A stretch of DNA of 64,000 bases from Octopus sinensis (lineage: Eukaryota), in contig NC_042999.1 in the NCBI RefSeq assembly GCF_006345805.1, forward strand, positions 26,412,001-26,476,000, given 5' to 3'. The position numbers were made by a program, and so were the translations under genes. This document shows, piece after piece, positions 40,589-54,978 of the stretch. Under the pieces are notes generated by a model that did not search any database, was not told the DNA's origin, and saw only the letters and a list, made by a program, of their open reading frames with translations. The first letter of the stretch is position 1, and the number at the start of each line of letters is the position of its first letter.

Positions 40589-41694
40589 AAAAATCTTTCC
40601 AAAATGGAATGTTTGAAAGAAAAACCGGAGGCAGTACATTTTGTATTCTAAATATAACTCAAATATGGGAAACATAATGCTCATCTCTGTAAATATTTAG
40701 ATGTATATGCGTGGCATTACGATGTTCTGAACTGTGTGTTTTTCTAGTTTCTAAGTGTTATACTAGAGTTCTCTAATGCAAAAATATGAAATTGAAAGAA
40801 GTGTGATTTTGTTGAAAATTCTGTATAAACAAGAACATGTTCCCAAACACACACACACACACACACACGCTCTCGTACTCATTCGCGCATGTACACACGT
40901 ACACAAATACACACGCACACACACTTCATCAACAGATTCTCTACAAAATTAATGTTTGAAGGTAAAGCGGCGAATATGCATTTTTTATTCCGAATGTGGC
41001 TCATCTCTACAAATGTTCAGAACTACACTTCATGAAGAAATTCTCTCAAAAAGTGAATGTCTGAAAGAAAAGCGGAGACCGTAAATTGTGTATTCTAAAT
41101 ATAACTCAAAGAGGAGAAAAAAGAGAGAAGGAGGAAAAAAGAAGGAAATAGGAGGAAAACGGAAGAAAAGAGAAAAGAAAGAAAGGAAGAAAAGTTGGGT
41201 AAGAGAGAAAAAGAAGCGAAAAGACTTTTAGTGATGACCGCACCACAATTTTTTTTTCTTAAGAGGTAACAATCCTTAAATCCATTCCAATACAATGGTA
41301 AATGACTAAAGAAATAAATGAATGGTGAATAGTAAAAGGATGCCCCTTCTCTTTTTCTCTCTATCTATCAACCTATCTACCTACCTACATTTCTATCAAT
41401 CTATCTCCATTTTCAAGGAACCTCGACCAGAAAAACGAAAACAATGTGTTCTTCTTTTCTAAACAACCCCCTCCCTCCAAAAAAAACATCTGTTTTATAT
41501 AAATGAACAAGCTCTTTGTACATTCACAAAATTCTGTTTGACAAGTTCGAGAAACGAACGAAAGCGCTAATATTAATAATAAAGTTATAAAATGATTTTT
41601 TCCAAAATTCTGACGACCTTTTTTCTCAATATTCTATTTCTGTACACCACACCTAACACTCTATACATACACACATACACATACACACATACAT

Positions 41695-41765
<71 letters not shown>

Positions 41766-42087
41766 GTGTGTGTGCACTCTTGCATGTGTATTTCTATATA
41801 CTGACAGTCATGACTGTACTGAATAAGTTCCTTGAGCAAACCCTTGTTCTCCGTAGTAGCACTAGGAGTGCATGCGGAGCACTATGTATGATATTTCTTT
41901 GTTTATTCAGAAATATGCATTTTAACAAGTTCACCGAATCAAAACAATCTAACATTAAATATTTCCCCTCCTTCCTATTTATATATGGTCGATAGTCAGA
42001 TTAAATTGAACGTGATTTTATCAGATCAAAGTGTTTTGGACTTTGGAATGTTAGATTATGCGAGTCTGGACTTGTATGGCGTTTTAC

Positions 42088-42290
42088 CATATTCCTTATT
42101 TTTATTTTCCTAAAATTTTCGTTGTCTCTTGCAAACTTTTCAATAGTCTTGACTCTGGCCGTTATTTACACTGCATTCCTTTTTGTTTGTTTGTGCGCAT
42201 GTGTGTGTCTATGCATGCATGCATATACGTATGTATGTATGTGTATATGTATATATGTATGCATGTGTGAATGCATATATGTGTGCATTA
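42088..42290 (-). repeat. Direct repeat of 43181-43370, including a U3-A8 hammerhead-like motif
   Basis: catattccttatttttattttcctaaaattttcg..ttttcaatagtcttgactctg..ccgttatttacactgcattcc in both copies. Confidence 0.85.
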
Positions 42291-43107
42291 TTAATTTTAT
42301 TGCATGCATTTTGGGATTCTTGTTTTATTTTTTTTAATGCATGCTATAATTGTAGGTTTCATGATTATCTTTTAAAATTAAATGGAGGATTATAAATATT
42401 GATGAGGTTATATTTTAAAATTTTTGTTCCTATTTTCTACATCTGATGAAACAATGCTAAATAATTGTAAATCAACAGAATAACAAATATAAAGAATGAG
42501 ACAAAAGACTGCAATACTTTTTAATGTAAATATAGTGAGAATTCTAACGATCACGATTGGTATCTAGAGAGAGAGAGAGGGGGTGAGAGAGATGGAGAGA
42601 GAAAGAGGGAGAGAGGGGTGAGAGTGCAATTTTTGCTTGCCATAACTACCTCTGTCATAGCAACATTAACGTATTTTCACAGTAACAATTGGCAATAAGG
42701 CTATTGTCTGCTTACCTGAGTGAAATAATGAGTTTCTGAATTAGATATAAATAAAATACAGCACCCGAAGAGCATGTGAATTTGTATCTCCTTTGTTTTG
42801 AAAGTAATTTTTAAAATTGTGAATTTCGCAAAAAGTCTTCTGAATTCTATGACAAACAATTCCGTTTCAGTATGGGATGAAGAAATAAACGACATTATGA
42901 ATTTGAAGTAGTGCTATCACAGAAACATAAAATAAAACGTCTATAATAACAAATTTTGCATTTGCTCATAAAATTTTTATACCAACGTGATGGGTTTCAA
43001 TGAATATAGTATTATTTCCGAGCACCACAACAGATACTTGTCAGAGATGTCATAATTTTCATTCATTCACAAATGAATATCACTCTTTTCCGAAAAATGT
43101 ATTTGAT

Positions 43108-43370
43108 ATTCTGTTGTACCTGGGGAGAGTCATTTTCTTTTTGTGCCTTATAATGTAACACACTCACCGGTAAAATTTTCACATATTCCTTATTTTTATT
43201 TTCCTAAAATTTTCGCTGAATCTTGAAACCTTTTCAATAGTCTTGACTCTGTCCGTTATTTACACTGCATTCCTTTTTGTTTGTTTGTGCGCATGTGTGT
43301 CTATGCATGCATGTGCGTATGTATGTGTATATGTATATATGTATGCATGTGTGAATGCATATATGTATGT
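43108..43370 (-). repeat. U3-A8 hammerhead-like family copy
   Basis: ctggggagagtcattttctt..cactcaccggtaaaatttt shared with 29831 and 53773. Confidence 0.8.
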
Positions 43371-43682
43371 ATGAATATGTATATATTTGTGTATGTGTGT
43401 GCATCTCTATGTATGTATTCTGCATATTCATGTGCTTGCATGTCCATGTTTGTGTATTTTCTATGTATGTGTGTGTACGTTTGTATATGTATGCTTCGCT
43501 GTCTTCTTGTGTGTGCATTTCTGTGTATCTGTGTGTGTGTTTTGCAACTATGTACCCTGGTACATAGAGCCAATAAAATTTACGTTAAGGATCAGATAGA
43601 TTTTGAGGTGTGTTTTTTTTCTTCAAGTTACACTAATGAATTTTTTAGTGTCATATACTGACTATTTACTTACAATTTATAT

Positions 43683-45740
43683 TGTCTTCACTGGTCAACA
43701 ATTCTTGGATATTTCCAGATAATCAGTATCTGACAATAGAATACATCACCCACGTCAACGTCAAGGTTGTACACTGCGTCCAAGAAGTTAGGTACTTATA
43801 CAAATACATTACAAAAGGACAAGATCGAAATATCTTCTCAACATCGGAAAGAGGACAGCCAATTTCCGTATTAAACGAAATAGAAATTTCCGTAAACACT
43901 CGATACATATCTGCAAGTGATCCATTCTGGAAGTTGTGTGGATTGTTCATACACCAAAAGTATCCACCAGGCATTTACCTGATAAGCAGATTGCACGATT
44001 CGACCCGACTTCTGTCGCTAAGGCTGTGGAACATAAAACACCTGTAACTAAATTGACAACTTATTTTCAAACAAGCAAACACGACGGCAAAGCACGACTT
44101 CTTCACCATCATTTTAATTTACTGCCGGCCGCCTGATCCAATGATCTTTAGGGAAGAGTGGAAAACTGAACTAGGACGATACCTTTGCAGAAACAACATT
44201 AAGGATCTTACCCTTATCATTGTAAATGAAATATTGATTCGTCTGCAGGAGCCTCTTCAAAGGGATGAACTTGACCTCACTCGGCATTTCCAGCTCCCTC
44301 AACCTCAATTTAACGAAAGCAGTCAACTGATTCCAAAGATTATCGCAGAAGAATGTAACTATGACAAAGACTTCAAATAGTGTCTACTGACATCTCCAAT
44401 ATTCTAAATACTGATCAAAAGCACATTTTTGATATGGTTGTAAATTCAATTTCACAAGAACAGGAAAACAAGATTTTCACCCACCTTCATAGCGAGTAGT
44501 GGAACTGGCAAAACATATCTTATCAATGCCATCATAGATTTTCTACATTCGGAGAAAAACCCGCCACAGCTCTATCTGGGATCGCGGAAACATTACTACA
44601 CAATGGCCAGAAATTTCATTCTCGGTTCAAAGTACCCTTAAACACAACGCCAGATTCCTGCTCAAAGTGGCATCTCCAGATGCAAACGAGCAGTCAAGGC
44701 GACAAGCTCATATACGAATGCTTGGATCGTTCCCTATACGATATCACAGCGAACGAATCATCCCTGTTTGGCGGAGTTTGTGTTCTTTTTGTAGGCGACT
44801 GGAAGTAGATTCTACCAGTTGTTAAACGTGGTAGACGAGTCCAAAAGTGCAAGCGACTTTGAAAACATCGTTCATCTGGAGGTCTGTGAAACATCTTTGA
44901 AAACATCTTACATCTGGAGTTGAGTATAAAGAAAAGTACGAGGGTACGAAATTCTTCAGATACAACTTTCGAAATCTCTTTAAGTGACATCGGTTTCGGA
45001 CAATGTTCTTTCTCCGACCCACTGAGGAATATGATCCGAATTAGGCTAGATTTTGTATTCGAAACATCATCTATTTCTGAAATATGCAAAATTGTCTTTA
45101 ATGATTTAAGTGAAAACTACAAAAACGCATCATGGCTGTGTACGCGAGCTGTCATCACCTAAACCAATGAAATGGTAAACAGTGTGAATGAGCACATGAT
45201 TAGCAACTTCCCTAGGGGAAGTTGAGAGTACTGTAGTTCGGATACAATAGATAACGAAAACTATCACCAGTACCCACAGGATTTCTTGAACAACTTAAAT
45301 CCATCCGGATTGCCACCCCATAAGATCAAACTGGAAAAGAACTGTCCGATAACGCTCCTTAGGAACTTTGATCCAGCCAATGGACACTGCAATGGAACAA
45401 GATACATGGTAACAAAAATCAGTGATTGCAACTGGTTCCCACAATGGTAAAAGCCCCTTAAACTAACAGATAACCAGTTTCCGTTTCAATTAAGATACAG
45501 ACAGTTTTCTATAAAACTGGCATTCTCATTCACAGCAAACAAGGCATATGGCCATACTTCAGATTGTGTAGGTATACTTTTCCATACTCGCTATAAGTAG
45601 AGAAAAGGACTCCAGTAATTAATGGAGTCCTTTTCTCTACTCATAGCAACGTATAACTGACAGCGTGTAAACATATTATAATTTGAAAATTATTGTCGAT
45701 CACACGCAAAATATCGTCTAGAAAGAGGTTTTGCAATAAT
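43683..45740 (+). mobile_element. Helitron Rep/PIF1-helicase pseudogene
   Basis: RYLYKYITKGQDR, RYISASDPFWKL, SSGTGKTYLINAI (Walker A), LFGGVCVLFVGDWK*ILPVV, FLNNLNPSGLPPHKIKL..LLRNFDPANGHCNGTRY, IKLAFSFTANKAYG, TQNIV*KEVL; many stops and frameshifts. Confidence 0.93.
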
Positions 45741-47739
45741 ATTGATATCAAAATCCGTTTACATAATTTTCTATACATACTGCTGTTATGACTTCCCTCC
45801 GCTTCTTTATGCCTCCATCGTAGGTGAGTAGAATTGCTAGTTTGTAGAAATGGGAAGCATATGAAGATGAGAAAAGTATTTTTAGATCAAAGAAAGCAAG
45901 TATTTTAAAAGCACTAAGTAGGATTCTCAAGCAGATGTGCTGGAAAATTTTTGAAGGCGAGAGAGCAAACTTTTTTCTGGGAATTCTTTGTGGAGAAAAT
46001 GAAAACTGATACAAACAACGCGACACCGACAGAACGACTGGAAAGAAAAAAATCGAAATTATAAGATATGGACAGAGAAAAAAACTCAAATAAGATACTG
46101 GATTCGAAAAGTCTGTAGCTGAAAAATCAGACGCCAATTAGATTAAAGAAAAAAGTACTAAAAATGTAATGAAAATGAAATAAAATCCAAATTGTTGATA
46201 TCGTAAGAATGTATAACTTTTGAGGGGAACTTAAAATATATATTTTTGGAACATTATATCTCAATGCACATAAGCTTATGAGTAAAAATATGCAGATATT
46301 GTTTCTAAAATCATTTTTGTTTCTTGTGCCATGGAAACCTTCACCTTTTTCTATCCAAAGGAGTTTTTTTAACCTAAAATTTACATGTTATTATATAACG
46401 TTCTTCGAGATAAAATTTTCTGAAAACAGCACGTGAAGGGACAATATAACTTTCCGGAAATAATTCACAAAGGAGATTAATATTTAATCAAATAACAACA
46501 ACCGATATCCCCTCATATAAAAACATCATAAGAAATGTTCAGAAATTCAATAAAACAAACCAAAAAATCTCGGCTAAAATAAAAGGATCATTAAACAATC
46601 ACTATAGGAAAAGACCAAAATAAACTAAATAACAGTGTGCAAATCTCCTAAAAATGAAAGTAATTCCCCCAAATAAAAACAAATACCAATGGAAACAGTA
46701 TAACATTAGTACTAGATATGCCAAAAGCTAGGAAATTTGCATTCAAAATTCAAAATACAAGAGAAAGACGGTTTATTAGTTATAAGTAATTTATTTTTGA
46801 GAGCATTAGTTTCAGACTAGTTTCAAACGAATAAAATCAAAGAACTACCGAAGAAACCCGTCCTTCAAAAATAATAGATTCATCACAATGAAATCTCATT
46901 GAAACTGAAATAAAACATAGAATGTAGGCTTAACGCCATGCAAACTCAAAAACGTGATACAGGACTTCTTATGAAAAATACTAAAGCAATTCTTTCACGA
47001 GAAGGATTATGAATATTTCTTGTAAAAGCGAAGCAGGCTTTAGATACACTAATTCAATGAACGGGAATAGATACTTATACGAATATAACACATATTTGAC
47101 GAGAAATTCGAGCTGAAACATTCTAGCAACACATAAAATAACCATTCATTACAAATAAAGAGCAAACAGAAAGGTAACTCCATAATCTTTGAAAGAAGCT
47201 AACGAAGAAATGACTAGGTATTATTGGACTACACCTATTTAAGGAAAGCGGTCGATCTTAGAACGACTAAACGCTCAATATTTCTATAAAAATTAGAAAC
47301 TGATGCATATAGACAATTAGCAGGTTTGGACGATTTAAAACCTGCTCTGTGTAAGCATTCAACTTGTATGGGTACGCTTACGTTAAAAAAACAATTTTAG
47401 AATGATATTGTTCTGTCAAAACGCTAAAAATAACTTACCAACAACAAAAAAAACAACTACGATTCAAACGTATAAACTCAAATACTAAGCGAACAAAGAC
47501 GAACCATCCCACTTCAATTGCGAGCGCACACGTACACACACACACTCATATTCACATACCCCCTTTTACGTACACCCACATATATTCACACAGTGTTGAA
47601 ACGCTGTTTGATTTATTTTTTTCAGTGTACAAATTTCAGCATTCCACTACCAAGTATGACTTCACCCATTCCTTCCTTATTCATATATCACCTCTTCCTT
47701 TCTCATTCATAAGCTCAAGAGTATTATTATAGTAGATTA

Positions 47740-48220
47740 TCTCAATAAGCATGGGAACTGTGGAAAAATACCAAGCCCAGGAACACCACCGGATCATTCT
47801 ACACACCAGTTTAATTTTTGGCGCAATTCCATCCAACCGTTTGACTGAATCCCAAGACAAGAAAGAATCGCCCATGTCAAATTTATATGTATAGATTAAC
47901 AAAATTAATAAATTAAAGGGCAAATTCAAAAGTATCATACTGAAGAAAGACTTGGATTACATCAAAATTATCAAGGTGAAAACAAGACAATTTAATGGAC
48001 TTCCGAAAATACGTAAATCACAATAAATCCATAACAGTTTAAATGATGTGTATACACTAAATGTAAAACTACTTAACTATATGTTTAAAATTACGCTCAA
48101 TAGATGAAGGATAACACAAAATATTCAACGATAATGCCATTTTCTGGATATCATACTGAAAGCACACTATTAAGTAGCTGCAAATATTTCTAAAAACAGC
48201 TTCATACACCTAGTAAAACG
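47740..48220 (+). pseudogene. Highly decayed Penelope-like RT fragment
   Basis: FNGLPKIRKS (cf. the PLE motif YGLPKIHK) at ~47989-48018 and FLDIILK at ~48141. Confidence 0.45.
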
Positions 48221-48854
48221 TCTGCTATTAAAACCTAAACTTAACGGGATGGACTAATTTTAGTACTTAACACTTTCTTGGCAGCTCTTTGAAATAATAT
48301 GATACTTGAGTATTGAGAGAATTCACATATCAGTACCGGTTCAAACCTATCTCAGATAGACACATATAAACCATGAATGTTTTATTCAAAGCCCCAAGCT
48401 GACTATTCTGTTAATAATATGGGTTAATCACAATACATTCCAAGGTAAACCATCCAAACGCCAGTGTGTGTTCGTAAGTGCGTAACTACACGCACACACG
48501 CGAGCGCATACGCCTTCATACATAAATACATATACAGCTTGCTCCTGCCTACTTTCAATTTGAACTTATTAACTGACTATATCATATTATTAACGGATTA
48601 ATGAACATATTTTGAAGACGTCGCATGCCCATTGCATATAAATTCAGGAACTCAAATATAAATTTAATTGTAATAGCCGTAGATGTTATCATTATTCTTG
48701 TCCTTTAGTTCCACGTTAGCTTTTAATGTTCTGCCTTTCAATCATAATCATTCCTCTCACGACAATTCAGTCTGTTTGGCATTAAATGGGACAATCTTAT
48801 CTACCGTGACCATCTGTTATATAAAGCCTAGTGTGAGGCAAATGTGATTGCTTA

Positions 48855-49430
48855 AATATCACTGGAATTTACCAGTGAAGATCTCAAAACTAAGTAAGCG
48901 CAACAGATCTGATATAATGATTTGGGGTAGAGAAGAGAAACTGTGCACAGTCATGGAAATTAGCTACCCAGCGGATGTTAACATAAAGCTAAAGATCAGT
49001 GTAAATGAGAACACCTATGCTGATCTATTGAGAAATCTGCAGTTATTCTATCCAGATTACAAGTTTAGGTTTATACCTGTAATTATTGGGGCCTTGGGAT
49101 ACGAACACAATGTCTAAATACAATCTTCAGAAATTAGGCTTCTCAGAAATAGGTAGGAGAAAGCTAATTCAAAAACAACAGATCCAATGCATCAATGGAA
49201 CTGTAAAAATTTGTAAAATGCACCAGTTTATCATTTAAATACAAATGAGCAAGTCTAGATATGCAACTATATGCATGAGAGTACATAAATAAAACAAACA
49301 AATCTGCATATACATACAAACATACATATAGACAATAGCCTGTTGATGTTGAAATTCCAATGAAGGAGCCTAGGATCTAAGTTAGAAACCGGTTCTTTAT
49401 TAACAAGAAATATTGAAATAAACTGAATAA
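48855..49430 (+). mobile_element. RLE-type LINE 3' fragment (different family), ending in a TACA run rather than TAA
   Basis: YHWNLPVK..NRSDIMIW..VMEISYPAD..FIPVIIGALG. Confidence 0.8.
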
Positions 49431-49460
49431 TGACATACATACATCCAAACGTGTATGCAT

Positions 49461-49547
<87 letters not shown>

Positions 49548-49598
49548 CACATGTATGTATGTATACATTGTTTTGAATACAAGCATTTATGCATAAAA

Positions 49599-50838
49599 CA
49601 GGGGTTGGACAAAATAATGGAAACACTCTAAAATTTTTAACAAATTTATTTTGATATGGGGTAGGACCGCCTTTGGCAGTAATTGCAGCTTGAATTCTAC
49701 GAGGTATGGGCTCGTACAACGTTTGAATTATTTCCAAGGGAATTTTTGTCCTTTCTTCAGCTAGAACACTCTCCAGTTCTTGTAGTGATGATGGTGGAGG
49801 ATATCGACTACTTAGTTATTTTTCTAAAATGCACCATAAATGTTCAATAATACTGAGATATGGGGACTTTGGCAGCCAGATGAGATGTTCAGCTTCACTC
49901 GAATGTTCCTCGTACCATTCAGTAACAATTTATGCTCTGTCACTTGGTGAATTATCGCCCTGAAAGATTGCGTTTCCCTCCGGAATCAATTCCTCAAACG
50001 TAGGATAAATTTGATAGATAAAATGATTAAGTAGACTTGATTATTAATTCTGCCATAAAGGGAAACCACTGGGCCGGCAGATTTCCAAGGTATAGCCCCA
50101 CAGATCAGTACAGATCCTACTCCATGTTTAACAGTTGGAAGAAGGCAGTCTGGGTTGATTCTTTTGGCTGCCTTCACACGTATAGTCGGCCGGTAACAGA
50201 AATATGGCAAAGGATGAGAAAATAACATTCTTTCACTGCTCTAAGGACCAATTCTGTAGATTCGTACTCCATTCTAAACGCTTTGCAACGTTGGTGTTTG
50301 AAAATAGTAGCTTTCCGATTGCAGCTCGCCTGTGATATCCGGCTTTGTGCAGCTCCCGGCGAACTGTTTTTTGTGGAAACTGGGTTCTCGAGGTGGTCAT
50401 TAAGCTCTGCGGTAATTTTGGGAACTGTGCTTTTTGTGATACTTTGTAACAATACACGTAAGAATCTGATGGTCCCTATCTGAAAGTTTTGGTTTGCTTC
50501 CGGAGTTTTGTTTCGACAAGGAGGCTCTTCCCCCTTTCTCAAAGGCTGTCTTTACTTTCGAGATAGTACTTCTTGATACAGCAAACATTTCGGCTGTTTT
50601 CGTTACGCTAGCGACTGACATATGAGCACCAACAATTTGACCTCTTTGAAAGTCCGGTAGATCGATCATTTTAATGAATTACCTTTTTGTGATGATATCT
50701 GAAAAGAAAGAGCAATTTTAGCAAAACATTAAGGAACACTAATAATAAATTAAAAAAAAACAAAAATAAACAAGCTTTTGGCGGTTGTATAGATATTCCA
50801 AAATTATGATGCTATGATGCTAGGTGTTTCCATTATTT
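49599..50838 (-). mobile_element. Tc1-like (DD34E) transposon relic
   Basis: DLPDFQRGQIVGA..VSRSTISKV, PTVKHGVGSVLICG, IPRRIQAAITAKGGPTPY; TIR caggggttggacaaaataatggaaacac at 49599 and partial gtgtttccattattt at 50824-50838. Confidence 0.92.
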
Positions 50839-50997
50839 ATGGTTAAATATGCATAAGATCGAGCGACATTGTGCAATAGATATTCAACCAATATTTCCAA
50901 AATATACACAGCCGAATGTGAATACATATTTATCCATTGTACCCACGTGTATGTTACGAGCAGTACCGCAGAAAACTGCAGTATTCGATCAGGGAGT

Positions 50998-51370
50998 AAA
51001 TTATAATTTCAAATTAATAACAAAAGGGTAGAATTTATTAAATTAATTAATTGATAAATCAATTAATTAATAATTTTACCAAGTAGATCGGTTCGTTAAA
51101 CTAACCTTTATAAGTAAAATTTACCCCGAGCACTTTCAAATTTTATATTGGAAATGCAACACGGATGAGGAAATGTAAGTAATTAAATACTTTCATCTCG
51201 AAACGCGTCTTTGGCTAATCGGAGTCGTGTTGATTCATTATTTTTCTTTGTGCCTATGTAAAAAAGTGTGTCACTGTCTGAGAGATTCTTACGTTAGTAG
51301 AAAAGGAAATTTTAACTCCTATTTCTAAATTCGGTATGTGGTCAAGAAATTAGCTAACCCCCTAATTATA
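50998..51370. repeat. Distant relative of the 62.9-64 kb hammerhead element: inverted tail plus degenerate motif at 51158-51212
   Basis: aattataatttcaa..agggta..accaagta resembles 63356-63415; ctatttctaa..ttcggtatgtgg resembles 63651-63676; CGGATGA..GAAACGCGTC. Confidence 0.45.
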
Positions 51371-52003
51371 ATTATGTTTATAAGTATAGAATATTTGTAT
51401 AATTTTAACTATACAGGTATGCATACAAAAACATTATACCTAATCGGAACGAAGTCTTTTCACTTTGGAACTGAGAAAATTTTCAATATAATTATGAAAC
51501 GTCAATTCTCAGATATTACTCCTTTGCTCCGATTAGGTAGTGTGTTGTTCGCTGTGGACACACATACTAAAGTTAGTCACTTATAAAAGCCTCATAAAAT
51601 ACCATACATATATTTAATAGCTATGAGCAAATGTTACTGGCGAAAAATGTACGAAGTTGGTTAATTTACCGAGTTGCAACTGGCTATAAAAATATGAGTT
51701 ATTGATATTCTTATCATTTGGAAGTAGGGACAAATGTAGAAGTGTTCAGCATAAGTAGTAGAAAAAATTCATTAGTTCGTCGATGACGACTCATGCCATT
51801 AATGGTTAATGTGTTTCATTGAAATGTGCATATGGCCTGTCGGAAAGATCGAGAGAAAATCACAATAGTATTGAGGACGAACATCGATATTTGAACGGGG
51901 ATGTGTATGTGTGTGTGTAAATTTATAATTATAATTATGATTAAGGGTACCAGATAGTCCCGGCTAGAAATAAAGTTTAAAAAATACTCAAAAAATATGC
52001 AGG

Positions 52004-52138
52004 ATTGGCTGTGTGGTAAGTAGCTTGCTAACCAACCACATGGTTCCGGGTTCAGTCCCACTGCGTGGCACCTTGGACAAGTGACGTCTGCTATAGCCTT
52101 GTGAGAGGATTTGGTAGACGGGAACTGAAAGAAGCCCG

Positions 52139-52188
<50 letters not shown>

Positions 52189-52417
52189 GCGCGTGTATGT
52201 TTCTGTGTCTGTGTTTGTCCCCCTAGCATTGCTTGACAACGGATGCTGGTGTGTTTATGTCCTCGTCACTTAGCGGTTATGCAAAAGAGATCGATGGAAT
52301 AAGTACTGGGCTTACAAAGAATAAGTCCCAGTGTCGAGTTGCTCAACTAAAGGCGGTGCTCCAGTATGGCCGCAGTCAAATGACTGAAACCAGTAAAAGA
52401 GTAAAGAGTAAAGAGTA
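52004..52417 (+). mobile_element. SINE family 1
   Basis: Collinear with 57105-57500; (GTAAAGA)n tail. Confidence 0.9.
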
Positions 52418-52796
52418 AATAAGCCACTGTATCACTCAAAATTCAACAAGCTGACGAAATAGAGGAGCGTGTAGAAAGCCAAATGAATTGTCAGTTATAC
52501 CTATATAAAACGCTTTCAAACTCTTAGACAATACTCTTAATCCTCATCAGTGGGTGTCGTTGTCTGGGGTTACACTCATTGCCCGTTTCGTCATGCTTGT
52601 AAAAACTTTTATCGTTCACTTCTATGGGTATATTTGCTTGTTAGTTTGTTAAATTTTCAGAGATATTGTGGTTTATTTGAGTACGCTTCATCTCTCATTT
52701 CCAGCAACACTGGTGCTAACTGGTACCATTAATTATAATTATATATATAATTATAGTTTTATATACACTTACTCTTTTTATATGCTTGCAAGCCCC

Positions 52797-52865
<69 letters not shown>

Positions 52866-52866
<1 letters not shown>

Positions 52867-53590
52867 GTTTTTTTCCTTCTTTCTTCAAATTTTCTTCCGT
52901 TTCTCGCCGAGTGTTTTCCATACACCTAGGGCAGAGAAGGGCATTGTATGCATTCCCAGATTACACGCGCAAATTCACAGATAAAATATGTATTTAAAAA
53001 TTAATAAATAAATAAATTCATGGATGGATGTTATTTTCACAGCGATAGTTCTCTTCTCAGTACATGAGCCGTTCCAGTTAATACGATTTTTTGCACTTCC
53101 TGTAGGGATGGTAAGTCTGGAATCATTTTCAAATAGGTTTCAGTGCCTTTTTTTTATCATTCCTAGAGATCCTACAATCACTGATACTGTAGTTGCCTTG
53201 AGATGCCACATTTTTTTCAATTTCCATTAGCAGGTCTTTATATTTACTAATCTTATCAAATTCTTTCGCCGCTATATTGTGATCACAGGGAATATTCATG
53301 TCAATTAATAAACACATCCTTTTGTCTGATCTTTTATAATGATATCCGGTTTATTGGCTTTTATAGTCCTGTCGGTCTGCACGGGGAAGTCCCATAGAAT
53401 CGACACATTTTCTCCCTCAGTCACCATTTGTCAGCGGTTTTGATTTTATAATGCCGACATATTGTCATGTGCAAATATTGGCCGACTCTGTCATGTCTTG
53501 CTTTATATTCTGCAAGTGCTAAGACTGAGATTAGGTGGTCTATTGTTTCAATCTCATCGTTACAGAATCGGCATTTTGAGTCAGCTCCAT
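52866..53590 (-). mobile_element. R4/Dong-clade LINE 3' fragment (family D) between TAA tracts
   Basis: RHDRVGQYLH, ILWDFPVQTDRTIKANKPDIII, LLIDMNIPCD..DKISKYKDL. Confidence 0.88.
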
Positions 53591-53702
53591 TTTTCATCCA
53601 TTTTTATTATTATTATTATTATTATGATGATGATGATCATCATCATGATGATGATGATGATGATGATGATTATTATTATTATGTATTATTAATAATATAT
53701 TT

Positions 53703-53968
53703 ATTTTGTTTTTGGATTTGGTTTGAGAGTTTCTTTATGTGAGTTCGTGTGTTGAAGCATATTCTTTTGTGTCTGGGGAGAGTCATTCTCTTTTAGTACC
53801 TCGTAATTTATTTTTCTAAAATTTTCGTTACGTCTTTCAACTATTGAAAAGGTTGCAAGACGCAACGAAAATTTTTTTAAAATAAAGGAGGAAATAGGTA
53901 GAAATTTTACTGGCGAATGTGTTAAATTATAAGGCACTAAAAGAGAATGACTCTCCCCAGAAACAACA
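53703..53968. mobile_element. Head-to-head fold-back insertion of the U3-A8 family; motif at 53841-53878 (+)
   Basis: tctggggagagtcattctcttttagt / actaaaagagaatgactctccccaga arms; cta-TTGAAAA-g-gttgc-aagac-gcaac-GAAA-att. Confidence 0.8.
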
Positions 53969-54807
53969 GTAATTTATTTATGTATAATTATACACTTCTA
54001 TCGTTTGAAATTGGCGCTAGTATTTCAACGATTTTAACAAGCATAATGAAGCGGATATTCGTTTAACCCCATGCAGCGAGACCTTCTCATGAGGATTAAG
54101 AGTATTATGTTGGTGTTCGAAATACCGTGACATGAGTATAATTGAAAATTCATTTCCGTCTTTACCCTGCAATGGAAGGTTGGCTTTTTACTTGCTCCCC
54201 AATTCCATCAGCTTGTGGAATTTTCAGTGATATTATAACTTATTTGAGTATCCTTAGATAAGCTTTTATACAAATAATAAATATCAGTTTAGCTGTCCGA
54301 GATTTTATGAACTATGTAAGCTAAACTCTCTCGCTTCCTCTCTGGACCGGCGCGTTTCTATCAAGAACGTAAATAAAACTTATTGATTTTTTTTTTCTGC
54401 CAGTTAAACCTGCCATGCGATTTCTGTATATAACCGTTCTCAATAGTGTTGCAAATTGCATTATACATTCAATTTCTCCCCCTCTCTGTTTCACACACAC
54501 ACACACACTCCATCTCTTTCTCTCTCGCTCTATTTCACATATATACACACATATTCATACTTACGTACACACACACACACACATACGAAAGCTCACCTGT
54601 GGATAAAATAAGAATGTGAAATGATATTTAGGTGTGCTACTAACGTGGTTAAAGAGGGGTGAAGTTTCTTGACAGAAAGGTGATTAGCTGGTTAAAGTGG
54701 ACGTAAATATGTGGGTTGAGACTCTAGTTTGCCGCTTTGGTGTTTCATCATTGATTAAATAGCATTCATATTTACGCATATTTACATGACAATAAACATA
54801 AATATAT

Positions 54808-54975
54808 ATTTCCTTTCTACTCTAGGCACAAGGCCCGAAATTTGGGGGGAGCGGGACAGTCAATTTGATCGACTTCAGTATGCAACTGGTACTTAAATTA
54901 TCGATCACGAAAGGTTGAAAGGCAAGGTCGATCTCGGCGGAATTTGAACTCAGAACATAAAGGCTGACGAAATAC
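54808..54975 (-). mobile_element. tRNA SINE family 2, variant 3' end, 5'-truncated
   Basis: actggtacttaaattatcgatc..gaaaggcaaggtcga..tcggcggaatttgaactc. Confidence 0.8.
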
Positions 54976-54978
54976 GTA

